Below are positions 9,728 to 20,915 of a stretch of 64,000 nucleotides of DNA, piece after piece. The notes under the pieces were generated by a model. That model had not been told where the DNA came from. It saw nothing but the letters and a program-made list of their open reading frames with translations, and did not search any database. This DNA is from an uncultured delta proteobacterium (lineage in GTDB: Bacteria; Myxococcota_A; Polyangia; Palsa-1104). The position numbers were made by a program, and so were the translations under genes. Location: contig CAWAWS010000005.1 of NCBI GenBank assembly GCA_963785725.1, forward strand, positions 192,001-256,000, given 5' to 3'. Position 1 is the first letter of the stretch. Every line of letters starts with the position of its first letter.

Positions 9728-11290
9728 ATGAAGATGCGTGACCGCGTAAAAGACCTCGAAGAGCGCCGTGCCCAGATCAAGCAGATGGGCGGCGAAGACA
9801 AAGTCCGTAAGCAGCACGAGCGCGGCAAGTGGACGGCGCGCGAGCGGATGGACCGCCTGTTCGACGACGGCAAATGGTTCGAGGTCGGCATTCACGGCAC
9901 GCAGATGGCTTATTACGGCGACGACAAGCCGCCGGCCGACGCCGTCGTCTGTGGTTATGGCCACGTCGACGGGCGCATGGTGTGCGCCGCCGCTTATGAC
10001 TTCACGGTCAAAGGCGGCAGCATCGGGCAGACCGGCGAAGTCAAGGTGTCGCGCTTACGCGAGATCGCGCTGCGCAGCCGCATTCCGATGATCTGGTTCA
10101 TCGACTCCGCCGGCGCGCGCATCGATCCGCAAGCGGGACAAAATGGCGACTTATTGTCGCTCTTCGCCGGCGCGGGCGCGCTGTTTCGCGAAGAGGTCAT
10201 CATGTCGGGCGTCGTTCCGCTGGTCGCGGCCATGGTCGGTCCGGGCGCCGCCGGAACGGCTTACATTCCGGGATTGGCCGACTTCGTGCCGATGATGAAG
10301 GACGTCGGCTCGATGGCGCTTGGGTGGCCCGCCGCTCGTCAAAGCCGTCACCGGACAGGACATTGGCGAGCAGGAATTGGGCGGCAGTAAGGTTCATACC
10401 GAGAAGTCGGGCGTCGGCGACGTCGAAGTGGCCGACGACTCGGAGTGCTTCGGGGACGATCAAGGAATATCTGTCGTTCTTTCCGTCATCGTGTGAGATC
10501 GAAGCCGCCGATCATGGTCTGCAATGATCCGATCGACCGGCGCGAAGAGGCGCTGCTCGATCTGTTGCCGGAGTCGACGCGGCAGTCTTATGACATGTTG
10601 GAGATCATTCGCCACGTCGTCGACTATGGCCGACTGCTGGAATTGAAGCCCAAGTTCGCGCGCGCCATCATTACGGGGTTGGCGCGGATCGGCGGTCGTC
10701 CCTGCGGCATCGTCGCCAACAATCCGCGTCATATGGGCGGCATTCTCACCAATGACAGTGCCGACAAAGCGGCGCGGTTCATTCAGATTTGCGACGCGTT
10801 CAATGTTCCTTTGGTGTTCTTGATGGACGTGCCCGGCTTCATGGTCGGCAGCAAAGTCGAGCACGAAGGGATCATTCGCCACGGCGCCAAGATGCTGCAC
10901 GCGATGGCGTCGGCGACGGTGCCGAAGCTGACCTGCGTCGTGCGTAAAGGCTACGGCGCCGGCTATTTCGTCATGGCCGGACGGGCTTACGAGCCCGATC
11001 TGATCGTCGCTTGGCCGGGCGCCGAGATCAGCGTCATGGGCGCCGACGGCATGGTCGGCATCGCCGGTAAGAAGCTGTTTCCGGGCGGCGATCCGCCGCC
11101 GGAAGTGCGACAGCAGTTGGCGGCGGCCATTCAACAGCACATCGACGTCTATAAAGTCGCCGGCTGGGGATTGGTCGACGACGTCATCGATCCGCGCGAT
11201 ACGCGGCAGGTGTTGGCGCGCGGGCTCGAGCTGGCCTGGAACAAGAAGGTCGAGCGGCCGTGGCGCAAGCACGGGATCATGCCGGTTTAA
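9728..11290 (+). CDS. Acyl-CoA carboxylase carboxyltransferase (PccB/MccB-like), interrupted by frameshifts at about 10324-10500
   Basis: [50 protein letters not shown] distributed over successive frames. Confidence 0.88.
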
Positions 11291-11353
11291 AGCACGTCCT
11301 AAAGAGACAGACATAGCTCGCGACGTCCGCGGAACGGAACAACGGAGGCGGCG

Positions 11354-12559
11354 ATGATCGACTTTACCGACGAGCAGAAGATGGCGCAGCAGATGCTGCG
11401 TCAATGGACCACCAAAGAGCTGGCGCCGCACGTCGCGCGCATGGAAAAAGGCGAGATCCTGCCTTATGACATCGCGCGTAAGCTCATTTCGTCTTTCGGT
11501 ATCGACGAGATGGTGCGCGCGCTGTTCAAGAAGATGGAGACGAGCGACAAAGGCGCGCCTAAAGAACGTGCGATAGGCGATCCGAGCTTGATGGCGATTG
11601 TCTCACTGGAGCTGTCGCGCGTCTGTCCCGGCTTTTGCCTGGCCTTCGGCGCGTCGCTCGGGCTCGCCGGCGGCGCCATCATGGCCAAAGGGACCTTGGC
11701 GCAGAAGCAGCGTTGGGCGCTGCCGATTCTGGTCGGCGACAAAGTCGGCGCGTGGTCGATGACCGAGCCGGGCGCCGGCTCCGACGCGTTCGGCTCGATG
11801 CGCACGACTGCGCGCCGCGACGGCGCCGACTTCGTCATCAATGGACAAAAGACGTTCATTACCAATGCGCCTTACGCCGATACCTTTGTCGTGTATGCGA
11901 AGTTGGAGGGCGCGGACGCGGCGCGACAGCGGCCATTTCACGCATTCATCGTCGACAAAGGCACGCCCGGACTGAGCGTCGGTAAGCCCATGGACAAGAT
12001 GGGCATGCATTCGTCGCCGACCGGCGAAGTGTTCTTGAGCGACGTGCGCGTGCCCGCGAGTCAGCTGCTCGGCGAGACGCTGGACGAGCCGTCGCGCGAG
12101 CAGGCGCGCGACGTGTTTCACGGCGAGCGCACGGCCATGGCGCCGATGTGTCTCGGAATCATCGAGCGCTGTCTCGAGGATTCCTTGGCCTATGCCAAAG
12201 AGCGCGAGACGTGGGGGCAGCGAATCGCCGACTACCAGCTGATCCAGGAGAAGCTGGCGCGCATGTATATGCACCGCGAGAATGTGCGTAATCTATTGTT
12301 TCGGCAGTTCGAGAAGATGCATAAGAAAGTGCCGATTACGATGGCGGAGGCGTCGGCCTGTAAGCTGTATTGCGGGCGCGCCGCGACGGAGACGGCGCTC
12401 GAGGCCATCCAGATCATGGGCGGCAACGGGTATATGCGCGAATATCATGTCGAGATGTTGATGCGCGACGCCAAGCTGCTGCAGATCGGCGGCGGCACCG
12501 ACGAGATTCAGATCGTCACCGTCGCGCGCGCGCTCGTCAAAGACGGGTTGCCGCAGTAG
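11354..12559 (+). CDS. Acyl-CoA dehydrogenase
   Basis: SMTEPGAGSDA, INGQKTFITN, KMGMHSSPT, QIMGGNGYMREY, RDAKLLQIGGGTDEIQ. Confidence 0.95.
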   Translation: MIDFTDEQKMAQQMLRQWTTKELAPHVARMEKGEILPYDIARKLISSFGIDEMVRALFKKMETSDKGAPKERAIGDPSLMAIVSLELSRVCPGFCLAFGASLGLAGGAIMAKGTLAQKQRWALPILVGDKVGAWSMTEPGAGSDAFGSMRTTARRDGADFVINGQKTFITNAPYADTFVVYAKLEGADAARQRPFHAFIVDKGTPGLSVGKPMDKMGMHSSPTGEVFLSDVRVPASQLLGETLDEPSREQARDVFHGERTAMAPMCLGIIERCLEDSLAYAKERETWGQRIADYQLIQEKLARMYMHRENVRNLLFRQFEKMHKKVPITMAEASACKLYCGRAATETALEAIQIMGGNGYMREYHVEMLMRDAKLLQIGGGTDEIQIVTVARALVKDGLPQ

Positions 12560-12629
12560 CGTCCGTAAGACCGGCATTCATTCATGGGCGGCTTTCGTAT
12601 TCTTTAGCGAGCGGCTACGATAACGACGC

Positions 12630-13352
12630 ATGTCCGACCACGGGCACGACGAGCAGCACGAAGGCGCCTCGCGGGGCGCGGCGCTGCGCAACTTCGTCTT
12701 CGGCACGTCCGACGGGCTGGTCACGGTGTTGGCGTTCGTCGCCGGCGTCTCGGCGTCGCTGGCGTCGCGGCGGCTCGTGCTCATGGCGGGCGTGGCCGAG
12801 ATGTTCGCCGGCGCCGTGTCGATGGGCCTGGGCGCGTTCTTGGGCACGCGCGCCGAGCGCGACTGGTACGAGCGCGAACGGCAGCGCGAGGAGCTGGAGG
12901 TGGCGAAGATCCCGCACCTCGAGAAAGAAGAGCTGCGCGACATCTATCGCAAAAAAGGGCTCGACGGCGAGACGCTGGAGCGCGTCGTCGACGCCTTTAC
13001 CGCGAACGAGAAGCGCTGGGTCGACATCATGATGACCGAGGAGCTCGGGCTGCAGCCGGTCGAGAGCTCGCCCTGGTCGGCGGGTGTCGTGGTCGGCGGC
13101 TCCTACGTCATCGCGGCGGCGGTGCCGCTGGCGCCCTACCTCGCGCTCGTCGGCACGCCGGCGCTGGCGGTGTCGATGGCGGTGACGGCGGTGGCGCTGG
13201 GCGCGGTCGGCGTCGCCAAGGCGCGGCTGACGCAGCGGCCGCAGCTGCGCGCCGGCGTCGAGACGATGGCGACGGGGCTCATCGGCACGACGATTTGCTG
13301 GGGCATCGGCCGCGGCGTCGCCCACTTTTTCGGCGGCGGCGCCGCGCCCTGA
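12630..13352 (+). CDS. VIT1/CCC1 family Fe/Mn transporter
   Basis: FGTSDGLVT, AGAVSMGLG, acidic loop and MMTEELG. Confidence 0.92.
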   Translation: MSDHGHDEQHEGASRGAALRNFVFGTSDGLVTVLAFVAGVSASLASRRLVLMAGVAEMFAGAVSMGLGAFLGTRAERDWYERERQREELEVAKIPHLEKEELRDIYRKKGLDGETLERVVDAFTANEKRWVDIMMTEELGLQPVESSPWSAGVVVGGSYVIAAAVPLAPYLALVGTPALAVSMAVTAVALGAVGVAKARLTQRPQLRAGVETMATGLIGTTICWGIGRGVAHFFGGGAAP

Positions 13353-13376
13353 CGCGACGCGAACAAGGAGCAGGCG

Positions 13377-14210
13377 ATGGCAATCAAGCTCGATCTCGTG
13401 GGCCAGAAGTCGAAGCCCATCCCGTTTACGTACGGCTGGAAAGATACGGCGCTCTATGCGCTCGGCGTCGGCGTCAAAGCGAGCCAGCTCGATTACGTGT
13501 ACGAGGCGCGCGGGCCCAAGGTGCTGCCGACGTTCGCGGTGGTGCCCTCGTTCACGTCGATGATCGCCGTCGCCGGTGACCTCGGCGCCAACCCGATGAT
13601 GATCCTGCACGGCGAGCAGCAGATCATCCTGCACCGGCCGATTCCGCCGGGCGGCACGCTCGCCACCGTCTCCGAGGTCAAAGGCATCTACGACAAAGGC
13701 AAGGGCGCGCTCGTCGTCGTCGAGGCGCGCACCAGCGACGAGAGCGGCGCGCCGGTCTTCGACAACGTGTTCTCGATCTTCGTGCGCGGCGAAGGCGGCT
13801 TCGGCGGCGAGCGCGGTCCCGAAGCCGTCAAAGCCGACCCGCCGGCGACGGCGCCCGACTTCGAGGTCGTCGAGACGACGACGGCCGAGCAGGCGCTGCT
13901 CTATCGACTGTCGGGCGACTACAACCCGCTGCACGTCGATCCCAACATGGCCAAGTTCGGCGGCTTCGATCGGCCGATCCTGCACGGCCTGTGCACGTAC
14001 GGCTTCGCCGGCCGCGCCATCCTCGCCGGCGCCTGCGGCGACGACCCGGCGCGCCTGCGCTCGTTCGGCGCGCGCTTCAGCGGCGTCGTCTTCCCCGGCG
14101 ACACGCTGACGACGCGCGGCTGGCGCGTGGCCGACGGCCGCTACGTCATCACCGTCGCGACGCAAGACGGCAAGCTCGTCCTGTCGAACGCCGTCGCCGA
14201 AGTCGCCTGA
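13377..14210 (+). CDS. MaoC-type (R)-specific enoyl-CoA hydratase, double hot-dog fold
   Basis: LYALGVG, ILHGEQ, YRLSGDYNPLHVDP, PILHGLCT. Confidence 0.93.
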   Translation: MAIKLDLVGQKSKPIPFTYGWKDTALYALGVGVKASQLDYVYEARGPKVLPTFAVVPSFTSMIAVAGDLGANPMMILHGEQQIILHRPIPPGGTLATVSEVKGIYDKGKGALVVVEARTSDESGAPVFDNVFSIFVRGEGGFGGERGPEAVKADPPATAPDFEVVETTTAEQALLYRLSGDYNPLHVDPNMAKFGGFDRPILHGLCTYGFAGRAILAGACGDDPARLRSFGARFSGVVFPGDTLTTRGWRVADGRYVITVATQDGKLVLSNAVAEVA

Positions 14211-14419
14211 CGCGCCGCGCGGCGCCGCGGCGTGTGCCGGCGCGCCTGCGCGAGCCATTGCGATGCAAGCGATCATGGCCATCGTCTTGGGGGCGCTCAG
14301 CACGTTCGACAGCCTGCTCGTCTACTTCGTGTGAGTCTCGGCATTCCCGTCTACCGCCTCATCGCGCGCAAGCAAACGGCCGATCGGTAGCCATCGCCGC
14401 GTTCGGGTATAATCGGGGG

Positions 14420-14716
14420 ATGGGCGATCCCTACGCCTCGAGCCGTCTTCAGCTGGAGCAGGTGGTCACCCGTGGCGCCGGGCACACCGAGCCGTCGCTC
14501 AGAGAGGCCATCGCGCGCGGCCAAGCGCCGCCCGAATTGGCCGCGCTCGTCGACAAGGTGCGGCGCCACGCCTACAAAGTGACCGACGAAGACCTCGCCG
14601 CGCTCAAGGCGACGTGGTCGGACGACCAGATCTTCGAGATCGTGGTCGCCGCGGCCTTGGGCGCTGCGGGCGATCGGCTGCGCGCAGGCCTGGCCGCGCT
14701 GGACGGAGTGGACTGA
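14420..14716 (+). CDS. Small AhpD-like helical protein lacking cysteines
   Basis: DKVRRHAYKVTDEDLAALKATWSDDQIFEIVVAAA resembles the C-terminal half of AhpD/CMD proteins; TATAAT at 14408-14413; TGATG coupling to the next gene. Confidence 0.75.
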   Translation: MGDPYASSRLQLEQVVTRGAGHTEPSLREAIARGQAPPELAALVDKVRRHAYKVTDEDLAALKATWSDDQIFEIVVAAALGAAGDRLRAGLAALDGVD

Positions 14717-15297
14717 TGCGACTCGCCAAGCTCGACCACGGGCACAGCTTCAAGCACAAGCTGCTGCTGCGGGCCATCAAGCTCTTCTCGGGATATCGCG
14801 CGCCCGACGTGGTCAAGACGCTCATCTATCGTGCGGCGTTCTTCGGCGACGCGCAGTCGCAGCTGACGCAGGAAGTGATGCGCGGCCCGTCGGAGTGGAC
14901 GGTCGGCGAGCGCGAGATCTTCGCCGCGTTCGTCTCGCGCTTGAACCAGTGTCTGTTTTGAACGAACGCTCATGCCGCGGTCGCGGCAATGTGCGTGGGT
15001 GACGAGCTGACCCAGCAGATCCTGGCGGACTACGAGACGGCGCCGATCGACGACAAGCTGCGCGCGATGCTCGGCGTCTTGAAGAAGCTGACGCTCGAAC
15101 CGGAGCAGGTTGGACCCGCGGACATGAAGCCGCTGCGCGCGCTCGGCCTCTCGAAGCAGAAGATCGCGGACGCGATGTACGTCATGTTCCTCTTCAACAT
15201 CTACGATCGGCTCGCCGACACGTTCGGGTGGGAAGTGCCGGTCCGCGCCGCGTTCGACGTCGGCGCAAAGCGGCTCCTTACGCGCGGCTATCGGTGA
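14716..15297 (+). CDS. AhpD/CMD-like peroxidase-related protein, probable selenoprotein (CxxU, TGA at 14959-14961)
   Basis: The two track ORFs are in the same frame, separated by a single TGA: EREIFAAFVSRLNQCLF-U-TNAH matches the AhpD NxCxxC..H motif; 193 aa with readthrough. Confidence 0.85.
14971..14991 (+). promoter_or_regulatory. Candidate bacterial SECIS hairpin
   Basis: CATGCCGC-GGTC-GCGGCAATG; the stem starts at the tenth base after the TGA; apical loop contains GU. Confidence 0.7.
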
Positions 15298-15482
15298 CGC
15301 GGATCGGGTTGCCGCAGCCGGCTGAGTCGCCGGACTTGTGGGCCGCGTCGTCGCGGAAGTCCGCTGCTTCCGCGCCCGCCACGCCAACGTCACCGCTGCC
15401 CCGCCCTTCACGCCCGCTCCGCTCTGCCTCGCCGCGCAACAAAAACTGTCGCGCCCGCCGATCGTCGACTACCCTTGCCTCG

Positions 15483-16313
15483 ATGGACCTGCGACGTGAG
15501 CTCGACCTCGCCATCGAGCTGGCACGGCGCGCCGGCGAGCGCATCCGCGTCCTGCGCAACGCCGGCCTCGCCGTCGAACAAAAAGCCGACGACTCGCCGG
15601 TCACGCAAGCCGATCGCGAAGCCAACGCCCTCATCGTCGACGGCCTGCGCGCCCACTTCCCCGCCGACGGCCTGCTCTCCGAAGAGCTGCCCGACGACGG
15701 CTCGCGCCTGACCGCGCCGCGCGTGTGGATGGTCGACCCGCTCGACGGCACCAAAGACTTCATCCGCGGCCGCGACGGCTTCAGCGTCATGATCGGCCTG
15801 CTCGTCGACGATCGCCCGGCGCTCGGCGTCGTCTACCAGCCGGTCGGCGACAAGCTCTATTTCGCGACGCTCGGCCACGGCGCCTTCGTCCGGCGCGCCG
15901 GCGCCACGCCCACGCCCATCCACGTCTCGCCCGTCGCCGAGATGGCGCAGCTGCGCATGGTGGCGTCGGCGTCGCATCGCACCGAGACGATTGACCGCGT
16001 CCGCGAGGCGCTCGGCGTCTCCGACGAGCTCAACATCGGCTCCGTCGGCTTGAAGCTCGGGCTCATCGCCGAGGGCGTGCGCGACCTCTACGTCAACCCG
16101 AGCGGCCACTCGAAGCTGTGGGACACGCTCGGCCCCGAGGCGATCCTCGTCGAGGCCGGCGGCCGCTTGAGCGACGCGCACGGCCAGCCGCTCGATTGGC
16201 GCGGCCCCGAGCTCGGCAACGTGCGCGGCCTCATCGCCTCCAACGGCGTCTTGCACGACCAAGTCGTCGCGCGATTGGCGGCGCTGTTCCCGAGCGGCCG
16301 CGCGCGCGAATAG
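15483..16313 (+). CDS. cysQ: 3'(2'),5'-bisphosphate nucleotidase CysQ / inositol monophosphatase family
   Basis: SPVTQAD, LSEE, WMVDPLDGTKDF, GSVGLKL, KLWD. Confidence 0.85.
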   Translation: MDLRRELDLAIELARRAGERIRVLRNAGLAVEQKADDSPVTQADREANALIVDGLRAHFPADGLLSEELPDDGSRLTAPRVWMVDPLDGTKDFIRGRDGFSVMIGLLVDDRPALGVVYQPVGDKLYFATLGHGAFVRRAGATPTPIHVSPVAEMAQLRMVASASHRTETIDRVREALGVSDELNIGSVGLKLGLIAEGVRDLYVNPSGHSKLWDTLGPEAILVEAGGRLSDAHGQPLDWRGPELGNVRGLIASNGVLHDQVVARLAALFPSGRARE

Positions 16314-16405
16314 CCGCCGCCGCTCGTTCACGCCATCGACCGCCGTCCGGCGCGTGCACCACATCACCGACGTGGCGGCGCGTCGGCGGTAGCATCGCGG
16401 CTACC

Positions 16406-17944
16406 ATGAAAGCCGCGCTCTTCGTCGCCGCGCTTGGCCTCTCGGCATTCGGCTGCGCGCACTACCAGATGGCCTGCCCCATCGCCGGCGGCCCCGAATG
16501 GCTGGAGCTCAAGTCGCCGCATTTCACGCTGCGGACCGACCTGCCCGCCGACCAAGCCGAGCGGCTCCTGCGCGACGACGAGACGCTGCTCGACACGCTG
16601 CAGGCGGCGGCGTCGGCGCTGTTGCCGCCCAGCGCCGACAAGGGGCGTCTCTCGCTCGTCATCTTCGCCGAGAGCTGGCAGTACGACAAGCTCGTCAAGC
16701 CCGAGCAGAGCGAGCTCGCCTCCGGCTTTCGTCGCATCCAAGTCTCCTCGCTGTTCGACGCCGACGAACGCGGGCGGCCGATGGTCGTGCTCACCCACGA
16801 TCCCGGCAACGACGCGACGCTGAGCTACGAGCTGGCGCGACAAATCGTCAACCAGCGGCTGCACGAGCCGCCGCCGTGGCTCTCGGGCGGCCTGGCCGAA
16901 TATCTCACCGCCACCTCGCGCCAAGCGGGCACGCTGGCGCTGGGCGGACCGACGGCGCGGCTCCTCGAATACAACCGCCAGCGCCAGCTCGGCGTGAACC
17001 CCGTCGTCTCCGCCTACCCGCTGCAGTCGGTGCAGAGCTTCCTGCAGGGCCTCTATCCGCAGCACGGCTTCATCGACTTCACCTTCGTGGCGGCGTGGGG
17101 TCTCGTGCACTATCTGGCCAACGGCGGCCCTGACCATCCGGCACGCTTTCGCACCTTCTTGTCGGCGATCGCCGACGGCGCGCCGGTCGCCGAGACGCTC
17201 ATCGGCCAATATGGCTCGCTCGACGCCATCGACGCCGCTTATCACCAGCAGCTGGCCGCGACGCAAGCGAACCAGCCGAAGCCGCAGCTCGTCGCCTATG
17301 CGCCGCCGCCGACGCCGCCGCGCATCACCGTGCGCACGCTCGACGACGCCGAGCTGCATCAGCTGAAGGTCATCTGGCAGCCGGCGACGCGCGACCGCGA
17401 GCTGGCGCTGGCCAAGGCGCACGCGCCGCAATCGCCCGCGCTGCACCGCTGGCTCGCGCTCTTGGCCGACGCAGAGGGCCACGACGCCGCGGCCGAGCAG
17501 GAGATCGCCGCGGCCGTGCGCTTGGCCGGCGCCGACCACTTTTACGCCTGCGAGCAGGCGCGGCTGCACCTCGAGCACGCGCTGAAGAAGCCGGAGAGCG
17601 AGCGGCACCTCGACCGGCTCGGCGACGAGCTGCGCGCGGTGGCGCACTGGGTCGACGAGCCGGCGCAGCTCGACTTCGTGGCGCGCTATTACCACCTCGT
17701 CGGTGACGATGCCTTCGCGGCCGCGTTCGCCGCGCGCGCCGTCGCGCTCGACCCGCAGTGCGCCCACTGCCTGGTCACGCAGGCGCAAATATTCCTGGCG
17801 CGCGGCGATCAGCCCAACGCGATCGCGGCGCTGCAGGCGGCGCTGCGGCGTTCCAAGGATCCGGCGGACGGCTACGGTGGCGCGGCTTTGCTGCTGGCGC
17901 GCTTGAAGCAGTGCGAGACGAGCGGCGGCGACTGCGCGAAGTAA
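16406..17944 (+). CDS. Lipoprotein with DUF1570/gluzincin-like domain and C-terminal TPR repeats
   Basis: Lipobox LSAFGC; WLELKSPHFTLRTD; PWLSGGLAEY; AWGLVHYL; TPR-like helices. Confidence 0.7.
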   Translation: MKAALFVAALGLSAFGCAHYQMACPIAGGPEWLELKSPHFTLRTDLPADQAERLLRDDETLLDTLQAAASALLPPSADKGRLSLVIFAESWQYDKLVKPEQSELASGFRRIQVSSLFDADERGRPMVVLTHDPGNDATLSYELARQIVNQRLHEPPPWLSGGLAEYLTATSRQAGTLALGGPTARLLEYNRQRQLGVNPVVSAYPLQSVQSFLQGLYPQHGFIDFTFVAAWGLVHYLANGGPDHPARFRTFLSAIADGAPVAETLIGQYGSLDAIDAAYHQQLAATQANQPKPQLVAYAPPPTPPRITVRTLDDAELHQLKVIWQPATRDRELALAKAHAPQSPALHRWLALLADAEGHDAAAEQEIAAAVRLAGADHFYACEQARLHLEHALKKPESERHLDRLGDELRAVAHWVDEPAQLDFVARYYHLVGDDAFAAAFAARAVALDPQCAHCLVTQAQIFLARGDQPNAIAALQAALRRSKDPADGYGGAALLLARLKQCETSGGDCAK

Positions 17945-17952
17945 ACGCGCGT

Positions 17953-19328
17953 TTACTTGCCGGCGAGCATCATCTTGGCGACGCGGAAGGTCGGGCACGC
18001 CGTCGAGCTGCGCAGGTCGAGGTCGTCACCGACGGCGTCGACGTCGTGCCACAGGTCGTTGAAGTTGGCGCTGACCGTGACTTCGCTGACCGGCTGGCCG
18101 AGCTTGCCGTTCTCGATAAGGAAGCCGCCGGCGCCGCGTGAGAAGTCGCCGGTGACGGCGTTGAAGCCGAAGCCCATCATCTCCGTCACGTACAAGCCGC
18201 GCGACACGCCGGCGATAATGTCGGCGGCCTTGCTCGTTCCCGCCTGCATGACGAAGTTGGACGTCGTCACGTGCGGCGAGCCGCCGACGCCGCGGCCGGC
18301 GCAGCCGTTCGACTGGCGGCCCAGTTTGCGCGCCGAGTAGACGTCGGTCAGATAGGTCTGCAGGACGCCGCCGTCGACGACGACGTTCTTGCGCGACGCC
18401 AAGCCGTCGCCGTCGTACGGCCGCGAGCCGGGACCGCGCACGATGAGCGGATCGTCGACGATGGTGCACAACTTCGACGCGATCGAGCTGCCCTCGCGAT
18501 CGAGCAAGTAGCTCGACTTGCGGTAGATGGCGCCGCCGGAAACGACGCCGAAGATGAGGCGCAGAAGCGCGCGGCCGGCCTCGGGATCGAACACGATCGG
18601 CATCTCGCCGGTGGCGATCTTCTCCGAGCCCAGCTTGGCGACGGTGCGGCGCGCGGCCTCTTGGCCGACCTCCTCGGGCGACTTCGAGCTTGGCGAGGAA
18701 GCGATCGGCCGTCCACCAGTGGCCGTTGCGCTTCTTGCCGTCGGCGTCGTCGCAAATCGGCTCGACGACGAGCGACTGATAGGTGCCGCGAAAGCTGCCG
18801 GCGAAGCCGTCGGAGCTGGCCAGCGCGCTGGCGCCGACGACGCGGCCGTAGGTCGCGCCTTCGGAGTTCGTGACCTTGGGCGAGAACCCGCGCGCCGCCG
18901 CTTCGCCGCGCTTGCACCACTCGATCGCGTCCTTGGCCGTCGACGCCGAGCGCCGCTTCATCCCACAATTCGAGCTCGGGGAAGGTCGTCGCCAGCTGAT
19001 CGCGCGGCGGCAGCTCGTTGAGCAGGTCGGGCTCGGCCAGCTTGGCCAGCTCCACCGAGTCGGCGACGAAGCGCTCGAGCGCCGCGTCCGACAAATCCGA
19101 CGTGTACGTCAAGGCGACGCGCTGATCGCGGAACACGCCGAGGCCGAGCGCGCGCGACGACGCCTCCTGCACCAGCTCGGGCTCGCCCATGCGCACCTTG
19201 ACGGACAGCTCGGCGCCGCCCTGCACCAGCGCCTCGGCCGCGTCGGCGCCGTGCTTGCGCGCCAGCTCGACAGGCCTGCTCGCGAGTCGCGATGCGCTCG
19301 CGAGCTCTTCGGTAGCGTGGCTCGCCAT
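17953..19328 (-). CDS. pmbA: PmbA/TldE family protein, frameshifted at about 18680 and 18955
   Basis: DGDG, LTDVYSARKLG, GFNAVTGDFSRGAGGFLIENG; N-terminal part lies in other frames. Confidence 0.88.
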
Positions 19329-19331
19329 GCA

Positions 19332-20777
<1,446 letters not shown>

Positions 20778-20915
20778 TCGCTGCCCCTCTCGTCGGTCGC
20801 TCGTCGACCAGTCGAGTGATTGTAAGCGCGGACGGGCGAGCGGGCTAGCAATCGTGCAGCCGCCCGAGGCGAAACTTTACGGCTGATTTCGGGTGGAAAT
20901 CGTGCGCGAGCGTGG

